Shown one piece after another: positions 24,101-36,130 of a stretch of 47,106 nucleotides of DNA. The stretch covers positions 1-47,106 of the forward strand of contig KZ538794.1 in the NCBI GenBank assembly GCA_000934665.2. Direction: 5' to 3'. Positions within the stretch are counted from its first letter, which is position 1. Every line of letters starts with the position of its first letter. A program made the translations under genes and the position numbers. The notes beneath the pieces are model-generated. The model was not told the DNA's origin and did not search any database. It was given only the letters and a program-made list of their open reading frames with translations. This DNA comes from Catajapyx aquilonaris (lineage: Eukaryota).

Positions 24101-27100
24101 AGTCATCATGCACATGACCTACCCAAAACGCCTACTGAAAGGAATGAAGATGAAGTTATGGAGAGTCCTCCTTTTATTTTACCTACTGCTGCAAGTGAGG
24201 ATTTCCTACCTAATCAAGTAGAAGCCCAACTGCAAGGAAAGAGTATTAGAGAGGAAGACAGGAGCTGGAAAAATCCATTTGTTTTTGAACCGGATCTCCA
24301 GGGTGAAACTTCTCAGGATTCTCCAGTGGAATTCTTAGCTGGACGCGATTGTTCCTTTGTGGAAAGTAGCAAAGAAGATGCCAGAGCAATATTTTCGGGC
24401 CCATTTCATGAAGATGTGCCACTCACAGACTTAGTTATGGACAGTGAGTCATTGAATGTAAGGATGGACAAAGTTGCATTGGAGCCATCAGTTGTACAAA
24501 TATCCAGCACTTTCTTTGAGGCATGCCATGATGCTAAAATGGAAGGATGCAACCAAAGAGTCAGTAGGTCAAGTTCACCACTTTCTGTGTCAGTTGCACC
24601 ATCCATAATGGAGTCGCCAGCTGAGACACCTACAAGAACCATCTGGAATGCAATAAATGCTCTGTCACCTACAAGTGATGTTGGTGTGGATGCCATGTTG
24701 CCAATTGACTCTTCACAGAACTATATTTCTAACACCAAGAGCAGTGAAATGATGCATCTGACTACAAAAGAATTGCCAGGTTTTGAATTATTGACTTCTA
24801 ATAATCAAAGCAGTAAGGTGTCGTCACCTGAGAAGCCAAGCAAAGCTGCAGGACCTGCTAAGATACACAACAATGAAGTAGCTTCTAATCAGAAACAAGT
24901 ACATGATAATGAAGCAATGTTTCCAGAGGACAAATTGCAACGAAAGGAAGTGGAACCTGGTGACGTCAGTGCAGCCGAGGGAGGATGCAATGAGGACGTT
25001 GAAAGGGAAGTAGGAAGTAGGTGGATTGCTGATGTGGACCAATCAGGAAAGACAGTATACATCCACCTGCCCTCAGGAATGTCCTCATATAATCCTATTC
25101 TGCCAGAGACTCCTCAGACCAAAGGAACGGCTACTCTACTGTCACATAAGAAGCTAGCCTTTTTGCCCAGAGGGACATCACCTTTTATGGAAAAGTTAAA
25201 TGTTAGTATGTCGAAACCTACCCCTGGTGGCAGAAAAAGTGAAAATCTGCCAGTTGAGGAAATGCCAGAGTCACTTCTGAACATGCTTGACATCTCAGAG
25301 GATCTGTCTAGTGTCAAATGGAAGACTGAACCATTTGCTCATGAAGCTGAAAGAGGTAAAAACTTTAATATCTTGCTTAGCTAATGAGTAATTACAATGC
25401 TCAGTTTGAATATAATTGGTGACATTCACAAGTATTCTCTCCCATTAATGTGTTTTTAGTACCTGATCGGATGTCTCTTACCCTGGTTTAAATGACAATC
25501 CTTCCTTTCAGATGTTGCAAGTCATAGCCATGTCCTTGTAGCAGATTACAATCCCGAAGACATGTACCCCATTGAAATGGAAATCCTCAATGCATGCGCC
25601 ACAGGCCTGAAAACAGCATCTAGGAGAGTGAACAATGCTATTTTTCCCTACAAGTTTGACAGCAGCTTGTTTGAGAATCTCCAGGTAAGGATTCCAATAT
25701 CACTCCATGAAGGAAGGGTGTTTTTGAGTAATCTGAGAATGTAATTTGTAACAGATTTTGGCATTTGAGGATGAGGGTTACAATTTAATTGTTTTCAAAT
25801 GTGACTTTTTAATGGTGTTGTTTGACTGGAAGGCCGCTGTCAAGTTAGTTGCAGTGATGAATAATGTGTGAATATTTTAGGTTGTGAGGCAGGTGGATAA
25901 CAAGTTCATCCTGGCATTGTATGCAACCACATCAGGTAAAGATCCAAACCTGATCATGCTGTTTGACCAGCATGCAGTGCACGAAAGAATAAGACTGGAG
26001 CAGCTGATCAAAGGTTTGTTGACAATTTTCCTGTCAGTAGCCATCATATTGTTATCATATCCCTATTTTAGACAATGTGGATCAGAAGAATGATGGACAT
26101 CAGTGCGTGAAATCTCTTCACATGGACCCACCGTTACAACTGAGCTTGTCACCATCTGAAGTGCAGTTGATGCAGTCTTATGCCAATGTGTTTGAAGACC
26201 TGGGAGTGACTTTTCAGGTGAAAGATAGCACATGTGTGGTGATACACAGTGCACCTCGATGCATTGTGGAAAGAGAAGCTAGTGAGGTCAGTAAAATTAT
26301 TATTCCAGGGAGTAAATGAATTCAACTGACAAACTTTAGCAGTAATAGAGGGGACCAAGACAAACATATTTCATATAGGAACCCATGTCCGGAAACGCCA
26401 TCTAGAGGTGAGTCATAGACAAGGAACGAGTCGTTCAGACGCATTTCAGGACGCGAGTTCCTATATGAAGTACGTTTGTCTTGGTCCCCTCTATTACCCC
26501 GAGAAGTTTGTTGGTTGAATTCATATACACCCTATAAGGATCAACAAGAGGTAATTGAAATTAGAACTGTAATATGGTGGAACATGCTTTCAGGCAAGAA
26601 ACCGAAGGCCTTCGATGCTGGAAGACCTAATGTTTCAAATGGTACAGGAAAAGCTACACACACTCATGTCGACCAGAGGAGGTGATCGATCTCTGCCAAA
26701 GACACTCTTTAGTGTGCTTTGCTCACAGGCATGCAAAGGTATGTAATCTTGATGACATTTACTGCACACAAGGCATCCAAGAAACTCATATACAGACAAC
26801 TCTTTTCTGGAATTCCTGCTAACCTAAGGTGATAGATCTCAGTGATTGAAGATGTTTTCACTGCTATCAGGTGCAGTCAAATTTGGCGATGAGCTAACCA
26901 CAAGGGAGTGCTGCAAGTTGCTGGAACAGCTGCAGTTCTGCCAGACACCGTTCCAGTGTGCTCATGGTCGGCCAGTGCTGGTCCCACTGGCCAACACTGC
27001 CCATCTGAAAAACTGGAAAACTGCTCAGGTGAGTTTCTCTACTTGCATTCTTTTCATATTTATGAGTTTGGTTCCTTTCAGGTGGAAAAGCCTAAATTAT

Positions 27101-27162
27101 GGAAGCTCCATGTTAAAAGAAGGCCACCACTTACTGATTCTCCACCACCAGATGTTACGTAA
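21190..27162 (+). CDS. MLH3: DNA mismatch repair protein MLH3 (MutL-gamma endonuclease subunit), ~1453 aa, 8 exons
   Basis: Exons 21190-21360, 22070-25355, 25512-25684, 25881-26013, 26072-26286, 26594-26738, 26871-27028, 27082-27162; all GT-AG with consistent phases, 4362 nt in total. GHKL ATPase motifs: [58 protein letters not shown]-terminal motifs: QVDNKFI, endonuclease [12 protein letters not shown] (25965-26000), [21 protein letters not shown]. The start could be the second Met at 21241. Confidence 0.96.
21860..22031 (-). mobile_element. tRNA-derived SINE with a tRNA-iMet-like head, in MLH3 intron 1
   Basis: Minus strand reads GGGAGGCAGAGTGGTGCTGCGGTAA...GCCCATGG...AGGTCCCAGGTTCGAACCC. 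Body motifs GTGCAATGTCGC and AGTCTAGCGGAAAT are shared with 28530-28716. The 3' boundary is approximate. Confidence 0.75.
26306..26534. mobile_element. Tc1/mariner-type palindromic MITE with ~90-bp TIRs, in MLH3 intron 5
   Basis: CAGGGAGTAAATGAATTCAAC...GTAATAGAGGGGACCAAGACAAAC...TTCATATAGGAAC pairs with GTTCCTATATGAA...GTTTGTCTTGGTCCCCTCTATTAC...GTTGAATTCATATACACCCT. TA is present on the right; the left TSD is degenerate. Confidence 0.85.
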
Positions 27163-28529
27163 CTCACTGAATCAAAGTTAAGAATCATGGTATACTAGAT
27201 GGAGGCAATTATATTGCAGGAGCAACGTCACTGGATTATTAAGCAAAGAAAAGCTCATTTAATTGCGATGACCTGGTTCAACATAAAGGGACCTGGATCA
27301 GCAATTTATATGCGCCAATCCCCATTAAGTAAGTCGTTGAGATTTTTGTGTTTTTTGTTGTTGTTTAAGTTTGTGATTGTTGTTTCTCAGAGGACTTACT
27401 TCAGGTGAAACTTGTTTAATTTTGACGCAATCTTTACGTAAAATGACACTGAAATTTGTATATACTGCCTCAAAGAGGTGTGAAATTGACTAGTGTTTGT
27501 ACAGAATAATTTTATAGTAATTTATTATTTATTGTGATCAGGAAGCTTATTGTTACGTTATTACAGTGTTGGTCAATTTATTTATTAAAGAAATGATATC
27601 TTAACTTACAGAATTGTGTAACTGAAAAAGTCAGTCTCACAGCCTTAACTTGTCAATTTGTTAATTATGAGCTCATTATCGACAGGGTCAAGGGCGCATT
27701 GCCTGAGTTCACAAAGAAAGACTTGGTTACTCTTGAATCGGTACATATGGATACACAATGGGGAAGATTTGCTCGCAACATCGTCAAGACATGTCTACAT
27801 AGAGATAGGTTGTTTTGACTTGTCTTGACTAAATACATCACCCTCTGTAAAATATGCACCTAATATTACTTTTGGTGAAATTCATTAGTGATGACGTTCT
27901 TATGCTATTGGATTTTATGCTGCATATGCTGATGAAATTCTCCCACCACTTTCACACTGCCTGATAAGTGATATTAAGTGTATTTACACTAAGGAGCTAA
28001 TGTCAATATCAATTCTGAGGTGTGTGTATTTAGGCAACTTTTCAGATGCTGTCTCTGACAAATCCATTTACACCCTTTATGCCATGAAAGGGTGCCATCC
28101 TGGCTGATAAGGTATTTCTGGGAGGTCAGATAATATTCTTATTAGAACAGCTGGAACTCTGGGACTGGTTGCATTTTTAAAATGTCTGGCTCATTAGTGA
28201 CCTGTTGCATTACGACTGGAGTGCCACAACTCCACAAGCATTAAATAGTCTGAAAAATTTAGCGAAATTTATTACCGTATTGCATCATGGTAATACGTGC
28301 TATACTAGCTATGGGTAAGGCTATATTACCGTATCTTCATTCAAGTGCAGTTTTTCCAGTTTTTCAGACTACTGTAAAAATTATAAAATGAATGTTGTAA
28401 TTGGGTTAGTGCACCACCCATATTGGGCATCTCGCACAGTACCTTTACATTCTTTATGGTGTACTACAAGCATGGTCCTTTTCCGTAATGTCTGGGTACC
28501 CCGAACGAGTGAGGGTTTGCTGGGAGGGG

Positions 28530-28716
28530 AGATGTGCAGGTGCAGGTGCAATGTCGCTTTGTTCTGTCCCAAAGTCTAGCGGAAATCCATCCGAGGCAAA
28601 GCCAGAGACAAGGAATCTCCACACAAAATGAGAAAGAGAAAACCCTGCCTTTGGATCGAACCCGGGACCTTTCTTTCCATGAGTGTGAGTGTTACCACTG
28701 CGCCACTCCGCCTCCC
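28530..28716 (-). mobile_element. Second copy of the tRNA-iMet-like SINE family
   Basis: Minus strand reads GGGAGGCGGAGTGGCGCAGTGGTAACAC...CTCATGG...AGGTCCCGGGTTCGATCC. Shares body motifs with 21860-22031. Confidence 0.75.
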
Positions 28717-28838
28717 TAATGAATGTCATAATAAAAATAGAGTGCTCAGAATTCCTGATGATGAAATTTATCTTCTTTTACAACTCTCAAGACATGAGGG
28801 TGCCTTGTTGTAATACCAAGGGGTGTGAGGAGTAAGTA

Positions 28839-29420
28839 CAGTAAAACTTCTATAAGTCTAAGTTCTCTATAAGTCGAAGAAAATTATAAGCTTGGTTGGT
28901 CACAATGTAAAAGAAAAATAGAAAGATAGGAAATACACTTCCATAACTCGAATTTCTATAACTCGAAGTCCAGGCAGGGCCTTGCGATGGGATATCAATG
29001 CATTTTCTGTCTCCACTTATGTCCAAGTTCATGTTGGCGAGTACGGAAAATTTTCTCATTTCCCGGCCGAAGGGTCTAAAGTAGCTCACATGCACAGAAA
29101 GGCTCAATTACCTGATCTCTGTCTACCAGACGAACCGAAAGAAGTGTTTGACTCGATTGTGACAATTGAATCCTTGAATCTAAGAGTAGGCAAATGTCCA
29201 TAACGGAGATTTTTTTGCAACAAAACAACGAGGAACATTGTAAGTGTTATAATGACAGTTAATTTTAAGTTTTGAACACCTTTTGTCGCTGGATATAAAG
29301 GTAGGCTTCCTTATAGAGTTATGTGCTTAAAAAATTGCAAACTTCTCCAATTCGAAACTTCTAAAACTCGAAGTTTTTTTCCGGTCCCATGGAGATTCAA
29401 CTTATGTAGAAGTTTTACCG
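28839..29420. mobile_element. pogo/Tigger-like MITE with TA TSD and an internal fragment shared with window positions 107-265
   Basis: TA|CAGTAAAACTTCTATAAGT ... ACTTATGTAGAAGTTTTACCG|TA, with repeated subterminal ATAA(C/G)TCGAA motifs. Confidence 0.8.
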
Positions 29421-31480
29421 TATAGTCACCCACCTCTCTCTCTGTCTATCATTCCATCTCTTGCAATTCCTCAATTCCTTTGGAAGGCCCTATTACTAAG
29501 CTGTGATACAGGAAGAGGTCCTCTATGGTCTATGCATGTATTAGCAAGGTCAAGATTGAAGCTTCGTTTTGCCAAAAGGTAGGTGAAAACTAGGTACACT
29601 CACTTAGTTTTGTATGAAAGTACTCAATTACACTTTATTAAATTGGACCTGGTAAAATTGAGAGGCCATCTCTCGTGAGATTGATTGAGATTCAGATTGA
29701 TTATTATTATTATCCCTTGTTGTAAGTATTGGTTCTGAGTTAGTTTGGATTTGGACACTGGATGCCAGGAGTTGCTCTACTTCTTTGGCTGTTAGAGCAA
29801 AAATGATGGTGGTGTGTCTTTAAGAATTCTTCCAGTAAATAGCCTATGGGTTATTGCATCCTGGAAAGAAGCTGCTCAAGGAGTGACATGTAATGTGATT
29901 GTCAATAAGCAAGGTCAGAACACTTGCAGTTTGAGGGATAATTTAGAGAGTTATTTCATTTAGTTACAGATGTTCGGATGATGATCACTTAATAATAGGT
30001 GTTTTAAACCTACCGGTATGCATGTATTGCTAACTGTTGAGTGCAGTGACGATTTCACAGATGGCGCATATTAAGCTGTGCAGGGCGACATGGCGAACAA
30101 ATTTAGAAGCTTTCGATTGGATTGGAGTAGCTCACGTAGCTTATGCGACTACCACATTCCATTCCACGGAATAAATAAATAAGCTAAGTGAAATGACATG
30201 GAAAGTTTACTTTCAGGCAATGTGGCAATAATCACGTCGTGTGAATTGCGATTGCACACTGCACGTGTTAAGTGCGAAAAATGCATGTAGGCCTACATTT
30301 AGGATCGGCAATGCACTATAGGTCAGCTATGCCTATACAACTAGTTTGTATCGAGTAGTGGTGGCTGACGTTTGTCCTATACCTCAGACCTGGTATGGAC
30401 AAACCTGTAGTGGGGCGAAATTTTGAGCTTGCCATATTTAACTGCCAATAATAAAAAACGAAGAAAATTACGGAATGTTGGTTTGATGCAATGCTAGGCT
30501 TCTGATGTGTTACCAGTACGTAAAACAATTACCGGTACTTTGTTCAAGTAGTCTATTTTTAAAATGTCGTCAGCAAACTTAGTTTCTCCATTTTTCCTAT
30601 AGAGGGACTGTCAACTTCTCTTTGGAGGGAAGATCTCGTGATTACGCGAAATAATTTTTCATAAGGAAACATCGACGTGGACTCTTAATTATGTATGATT
30701 ACACAACGAAGTGTATAATACATCTAATTACTGGAGTAGCCAACCCATCAGTCCTTCTTGACTTGACAAGCTGTAATGTCAAGGGTTCCCTGTCAGGATC
30801 GTTTTTCTCTCGGACTTCCGAACTTGTTCATCATAATGCGAGATGGAAAATTGAAACTCAATTTCGTCCCAGCGGTTTTTGCATTGCAGAAATATTTTTA
30901 AATTCGCAATTTTGCAATTTTGCCAATTAAAAACGCAGAACTTCCTAGAAACATTTTATCATTATTTTTTAATTTTTAAGCAATGATAGACGACATTCAA
31001 TTTTTAGAATTTCACACTGTTCACTACAACAGATAATACTGCATAATAAAATTAATGATATTGCAGCACTTGTTGTACGCATTTTCAAATAGGGTAATAC
31101 AACGAGTGGACGATATTAAACTCATTAATCTCGTTACTTTCAATTTAATGAACAGCTGCCATCTCGAAAAATGTGTCACAATTTATGATTGCATAACAAG
31201 TATTTTTTTTTACCGTACTATAGTGCTTCCCGTGGCACCACGTCGTGATTTTAAAATTTTAAATTTTAAAATGAGAATTTGATGTGCGTATTTTTCTCGT
31301 GGTACGGGAATAGGTAGCATAGATTTAAATTTCATTTCCTGTTATGACATTGTAACGAAGGAATTCCACTAAAAATGTGGAGAAATATGATCCTGGAAGC
31401 ACTCTTTTGTAACAGTGCACAAGGTGTAAAACCCTGCAGAACATGTACGTATTGTAGATGTAGTAATTGTGTCTTACCTG

Positions 31481-31608
31481 TACAGGGGGTGGATTCATGA
31501 AATATCGTAAGTAAAATTTTCGTCATAACCGGTAGTAACCAATGGTTACTTTACATCCGGTTGCGACGAAAATTTGATTTACGACATTTGACGAATCCAC
31601 CCCATGTA
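31481..31608. mobile_element. Foldback/palindromic mini-element with Harbinger-like GGGGTGGATTC ends (family uncertain)
   Basis: GGGGTGGATTCATGAAATATCGTAAGTAAAATTTTCGTCATAACCGG pairs with CCGGTTGCGACGAAAATTTGATTTACGACATTTGACGAATCCACCCC. No clean TSD. Confidence 0.7.
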
Positions 31609-32600
31609 TTTCTCATTAAGAAATTGCGTTTGATTCCAGCAATTAATTTTAGTGCAATTCTGCAACTACGGAAAGCCTATTCAGTCAAGAAAATGACCAG
31701 GGAACAGAGCCATTTCACTTTAGACAGGCCATTTCACCGTATTTGGTAAATCTTCCCCTGAGGTATAGTTGCACAATCTGCTCCAACCATTTCACAAAGC
31801 AGTTTGACCACGTGCGCGTCCATTGAGTGAAGCTCGGTTACAACTTGTCTCAAAACCTCAATTCCACTTCCAATTAATCCAAGCATGCATGAGGCCTCCT
31901 CCATTCAGACTGACACACCAACCACATAAATCAAACGTCAGGTCTCAACTCTGCACCAACTGTCCTCTGAATTGTACAGTGGCCACAGATGGCCAAAACG
32001 CTCAGGCATATCTACCCTCGGGGCCTAGAACGTACTACATTGCAGCAAATATTATCCCGCTCCGAGTGGCACGAGTCGTATCTCCAGCAAGCAAGAGAAG
32101 GGAGGAAACAGTGAGAACAAGCCTGGGCTGACATTAATCAGAAGCCACCAACAAAAACCATAACTGTCAGAGAACTGCGCAGCATTGTTCCTCAGCCTTT
32201 ACATCCAGGCTTGCAGACTACAATAGCTAGGCTGCTGGAAACAACTCTCTGCAAGATAAGCTTATATGATGTTTGCGCTGGCTACAGGGTGGGGCCAAAA
32301 ATGCTGACACTCGATAGATAGGCGTATGAGGGGGGAATCCCTAGGAATAAGAAAATGCCTGCCTGCCTCAGGTCTTAACTTCCCTTTTTTTTTTTTCTTT
32401 CTAACTTTGGGAACTTTGGATGATTCCCCGTCACTCAGAACCGTCTATCAAACGCCGGCCTTGCTATTCCGGCTGGCGTCCTTTTATGTCAGATATGTCA
32501 ATCGTTTCAGGTTCTCAGCCTGACTGGGCACCTATTTTTTCGTAGTCAGCAGGAGGAACGGACCAGTTTTATATCAATTGAAAACGGGGCTATTGTTACT

Positions 32601-32697
32601 AAATGTGGGGACGTGAGTTGATTCACCAAATGTGGGGACGTGATTCGCCAAATGTGGGGACGGGGTTCGCCAAATGTGGGGACGGGGTTCGCCAAAT
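32601..32697. repeat. 22-bp minisatellite, ~4 copies (AAATGTGGGGACGGGGTTCGCC)
   Basis: Units start at 32601 (27 bp), 32628, 32650 and 32672. Confidence 0.9.
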
Positions 32698-34082
32698 ATT
32701 CCTTTATTTATTTACTACCAGGTAGCAATGGTTAGGTGTATACCTGACCATATTTTTTTTGTGGCAGATCATATTCTGGAGGGTCTTTTGATAAGCGTGG
32801 AAGTATCGACCAAACTGCAGGTGATACAAAAGGTAATTCCTTTGTGCCCGCCCCCTCTTTTGATGGCGTGTGTATAGTAGAAGGAAGGGAAAAAGGCCAT
32901 GGGCCCATGACATGACATCATATCACACGAGGCAACAGCACGTGAGGCCCTGATGAGCGCTGAAGAAAACTTTTGCTTACCTGTCCGTGGCTACCGATCA
33001 AAGGGGCGGACTTTTGAGGCCTGCCCAGCCAACCAGAGGCACTCCCCTAGTTGCCTTTTACAATGCATTTGCGTGTCCACTGATTAGGGCATGGCGGAAA
33101 AAAATGCTGAGGTAGGAGGAGGGAAAGCATGCTATTTCCCTTCTGGCACAAACATGGCCGCCTCAAAATGGCAATAGGTGAGCACTGGCAAATGGCTGCC
33201 ATGCTGCTACTCCTAGTCCTTCTTCTTCTTACCTAGGTTGCCCACTAAATCATCAGAACCCGTTTCGCCTACGGGGCTAGGAACCCCAAACTTCGGTACA
33301 AATTACTGTAGTTGAGCCTGAGCAACCACGTCCAACAGAAGGCCTTATTACAGGGTGTAAATTATCGGTATGGACAAGTTGATCCCTGTTCATCTTCCAC
33401 GGTGCAATTAAATACGAGGGGGTTCATATTTATGTCGATCTGTTAAGCCTTCGTGTTTAAAAAAAAAAGTAAAATTTAATTGTCCTCTCAGGGCAACTTG
33501 GGGGTCAATTTTTTTTCAGCAATGCTTCGATATGTGCAGTGTCTTCACGAGAACGTAATAATTTCTGGGCCATAACCGTCTGGTGTTTGAAAGTTTTAAA
33601 AAGTTACGATGCTGTAAAAGAAAGGTGTGGGAGGGTATAACACAGGAAACACGTTTCAACGTCGGTTACCTTCAAGGGGTTGGACGCACTTTTTTTTTGT
33701 ATTTCGCTTTTTTGGATGACAAGAAAGGTCAGAGTGAACATGAACTCTTCCAAGTATTTTTTTTTTTTTTTGCATTAAAGTGTACCTCACGCTTCACGGG
33801 AAATGAGCACAACCGTAGCTAGCAACACTGTAATTAAAGTTGCTTATTATTACAAATATTAGGTGGCTGCTTCTAAAATATTTTAAAGTCCAATCAGCAT
33901 AAGCGTGACTTATGTGTATAAGCAAAAGCCATCAATCTGAGAGTCATTTGAAGGTGCGAAAATTACATGGTGTCCCACCCTCATGAAGACGTTTAATTTT
34001 GTCAGCTAGAAATACACTGTAAATAATTTACCACCCTCAAAAAACGGACAGGCCCATACGTTTTTTTATGATTTTTCAAAAA

Positions 34083-34102
34083 AGAGAGAGAGAGAGAGAG
34101 AG
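34083..34102. repeat. (AG)10 microsatellite
   Basis: Read directly. Confidence 0.95.
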
Positions 34103-35852
34103 ATTAACGTCCTAGTCCAGAGACATTTGGGAGCAGGCCCGTGAAGGAAGCTTTCTTGAATTTGAAGCGGGATTAATTCATTTTTAATGCTCCTCTCCCG
34201 GCTCTCTTTTTGCTCATCCGGAAAGCATTACGTTCATTTTTTAATGCCTTGGAAGCGAGGAAATAATGGGTGTTGTAATCCACGCGAAGAAGCGCCAGCT
34301 GTCCAATTCATTGTAAGGAGTATGGGAGTAGCGGCGGTTGCACCAACAGTTTTATGGGAGGGAAAGTCACAAACCTGCACCGTCGCATATCAAAACTTGG
34401 AAGGGGGGGGGGGGGGTTACCTACTCTGTTATTCTACTGTTACGAGCCTTTTTAAGGTTCATCGTGACCAGAAATCTCTGTGGTTTTCAAGTTGAACTAC
34501 GCATCGAGGCATCGGACCTGACCGGTATTTTTTTAAAGACTTGAGCTAGTAGTTAGAGTGAAGAATTAAGGCGAAAATTAATGTTTGATATTGCAGTATT
34601 TTTAGCGTCCAGTTAATTAATGTTACAGATGTTAAGGGATTGAAATTTTAAAGCGCTGCACTTTACAACAAAGTACGTTGTATTTTTTAAATGCAGTGTT
34701 TTAATAACTTTAAGCACAAAAAACTGTGGTTGAATTAAAATTTTATTTCGGCAGATCTAATTGTTTCGGTGTCCAGCCAACAAAGTTATCTGTAGGATTT
34801 CAGAATGGGAATGGATTATGACACTTTTTTTAACGAACAGAAACGGGTTATGAGAAAATGCAGGTGGGGTAATGAATGCGAATGGGCTTTAACTCAGGTG
34901 TGGAATGGATTTTGTGTTCATTCTCATTCATGCCAAGTCTTGTGACTAAAATCATAAACGTTTACCATGCTGTCTTGCATTAATGATACATTGCAGCCAT
35001 CATAGTGAATAGATAATAGTTAATAGTTTAAAATTGTCCAGTAACATATTTAGTCTGACTTGTCAGGTGACAATCTGGAGTAGGACCCTTTTCTACTGCT
35101 GATGTAACAAAGAGCTTTTATGGTGCTGTGTCAGGTGACTGACTGTAGGAAATGGTTAGCCGAGGACTCCCAACTAGGTTTGTCAGTTGTGGCAGGTGAG
35201 TGTAATGACTTGCTGTGGATAGTAAAACTGGGCATGTCACATAACTAGTGCAACTTAACCATTATATTTTCCACTGCGATGTAAAGAGGTCGTTCATAAA
35301 TTACGTGGACAGCTAAGAGAGAGGGAGGACTGGGACATGATGGTATAGTATATAGGCTTGTACTGTACACCTAGGGGGCGCAAATGTCGAGCATCAATTT
35401 TTAGTTTTAGTAGAATAAGAATAACACACGTACAGTACTTACCCTGTACTACAATAGTGTAGTAGTTTGGGCTTACAGGCAACAAATACTCTCAATTTAT
35501 TTTGGCACGTAGTAGAAATAAATACAAATGTTTAAACATAACAAATAGACATTGTCGAAAGAAGGGAGAATCGGGGGGAATAGAAAGGATGGTTGTATTT
35601 TTAAATGTAATTAAGAGCGAGTAGGCCTACATGAAATGCATACACCAAGAGGGGGCCAGAAATGTTCGGAAAATAGTTAAAAAGTGTATAAGAAGTGTTT
35701 TTTTTGTGGACGACCCCAAAGTACATGCTGAAACTGATTTTAGACTCTTTGTGACGTACACAAACCATCTGTCAGAGCCGTGCCCTTCTCAAAATATGCT
35801 ATACTTGGAAATGCAGGGCCCGGCTGATTTTTAGTACAGCAATAAGGAAGTA

Positions 35853-36130
35853 CAGTGGAACCCCGATTATCCGTCACCCACGGGACTGGGGGATCGTCGG
35901 ATAACCGAAAAGGTCGGATAATCCGAGGAGTTAAAAAACTGTAATAAAACACAACAAGAAACATAATTATAAAAACATAAAATAACGTACAATATTATGG
36001 TTTTCTAAGAAATACTGAAGTATTTTTTTACACACACTCTACTGCACTATACTGTATTTACTATTTAACTAAGGCAAAACAAACAAATGCGTTGAACATT
36101 ACAGTATTTCATGAGAAAATCTATATTATT
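35853..36130. mobile_element. Truncated, inverted copy of the 17388-17689 MITE
   Basis: TA|CAGTGGAACCCCGATTATCCGTCACCCA...GGATAATCC.AGGAG...ACAATATTATGGTTTTCTAA...GCAAAACAAAC...AGTATTTCATGAGAAAA matches the reverse complement of ~17450-17689. The second TIR was not found. Confidence 0.8.

Noticed and set aside
22138..25317. Several minus-strand ORFs over MLH3 exon 2 (and plus-strand ORFs over the MATH-BTB and ZC2HC1C exons)
   Set aside because: Antisense shadows of real coding sequence, with no domain signal.
21190..27162. Predicted length (1453 aa) equals that of human MLH3, hinting at vertebrate origin or contamination
   Set aside because: The sequence and intron sizes are far from vertebrate, and the count depends on which Met is chosen. 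Treated as coincidence.
32601..32697. CRISPR or functional repeat array
   Set aside because: Plain head-to-tail minisatellite with no unique spacers.
33583..33822. ACYP1/acylphosphatase remnant (RFNVGYLQGVGRT resembles GxVQGVxFR), tempting given the human MLH3-ACYP1 linkage
   Set aside because: The spacing and the catalytic FR are wrong, no GWVxN motif follows, the sequence is T-run-rich and repeat-like, and it is on the wrong side of MLH3.
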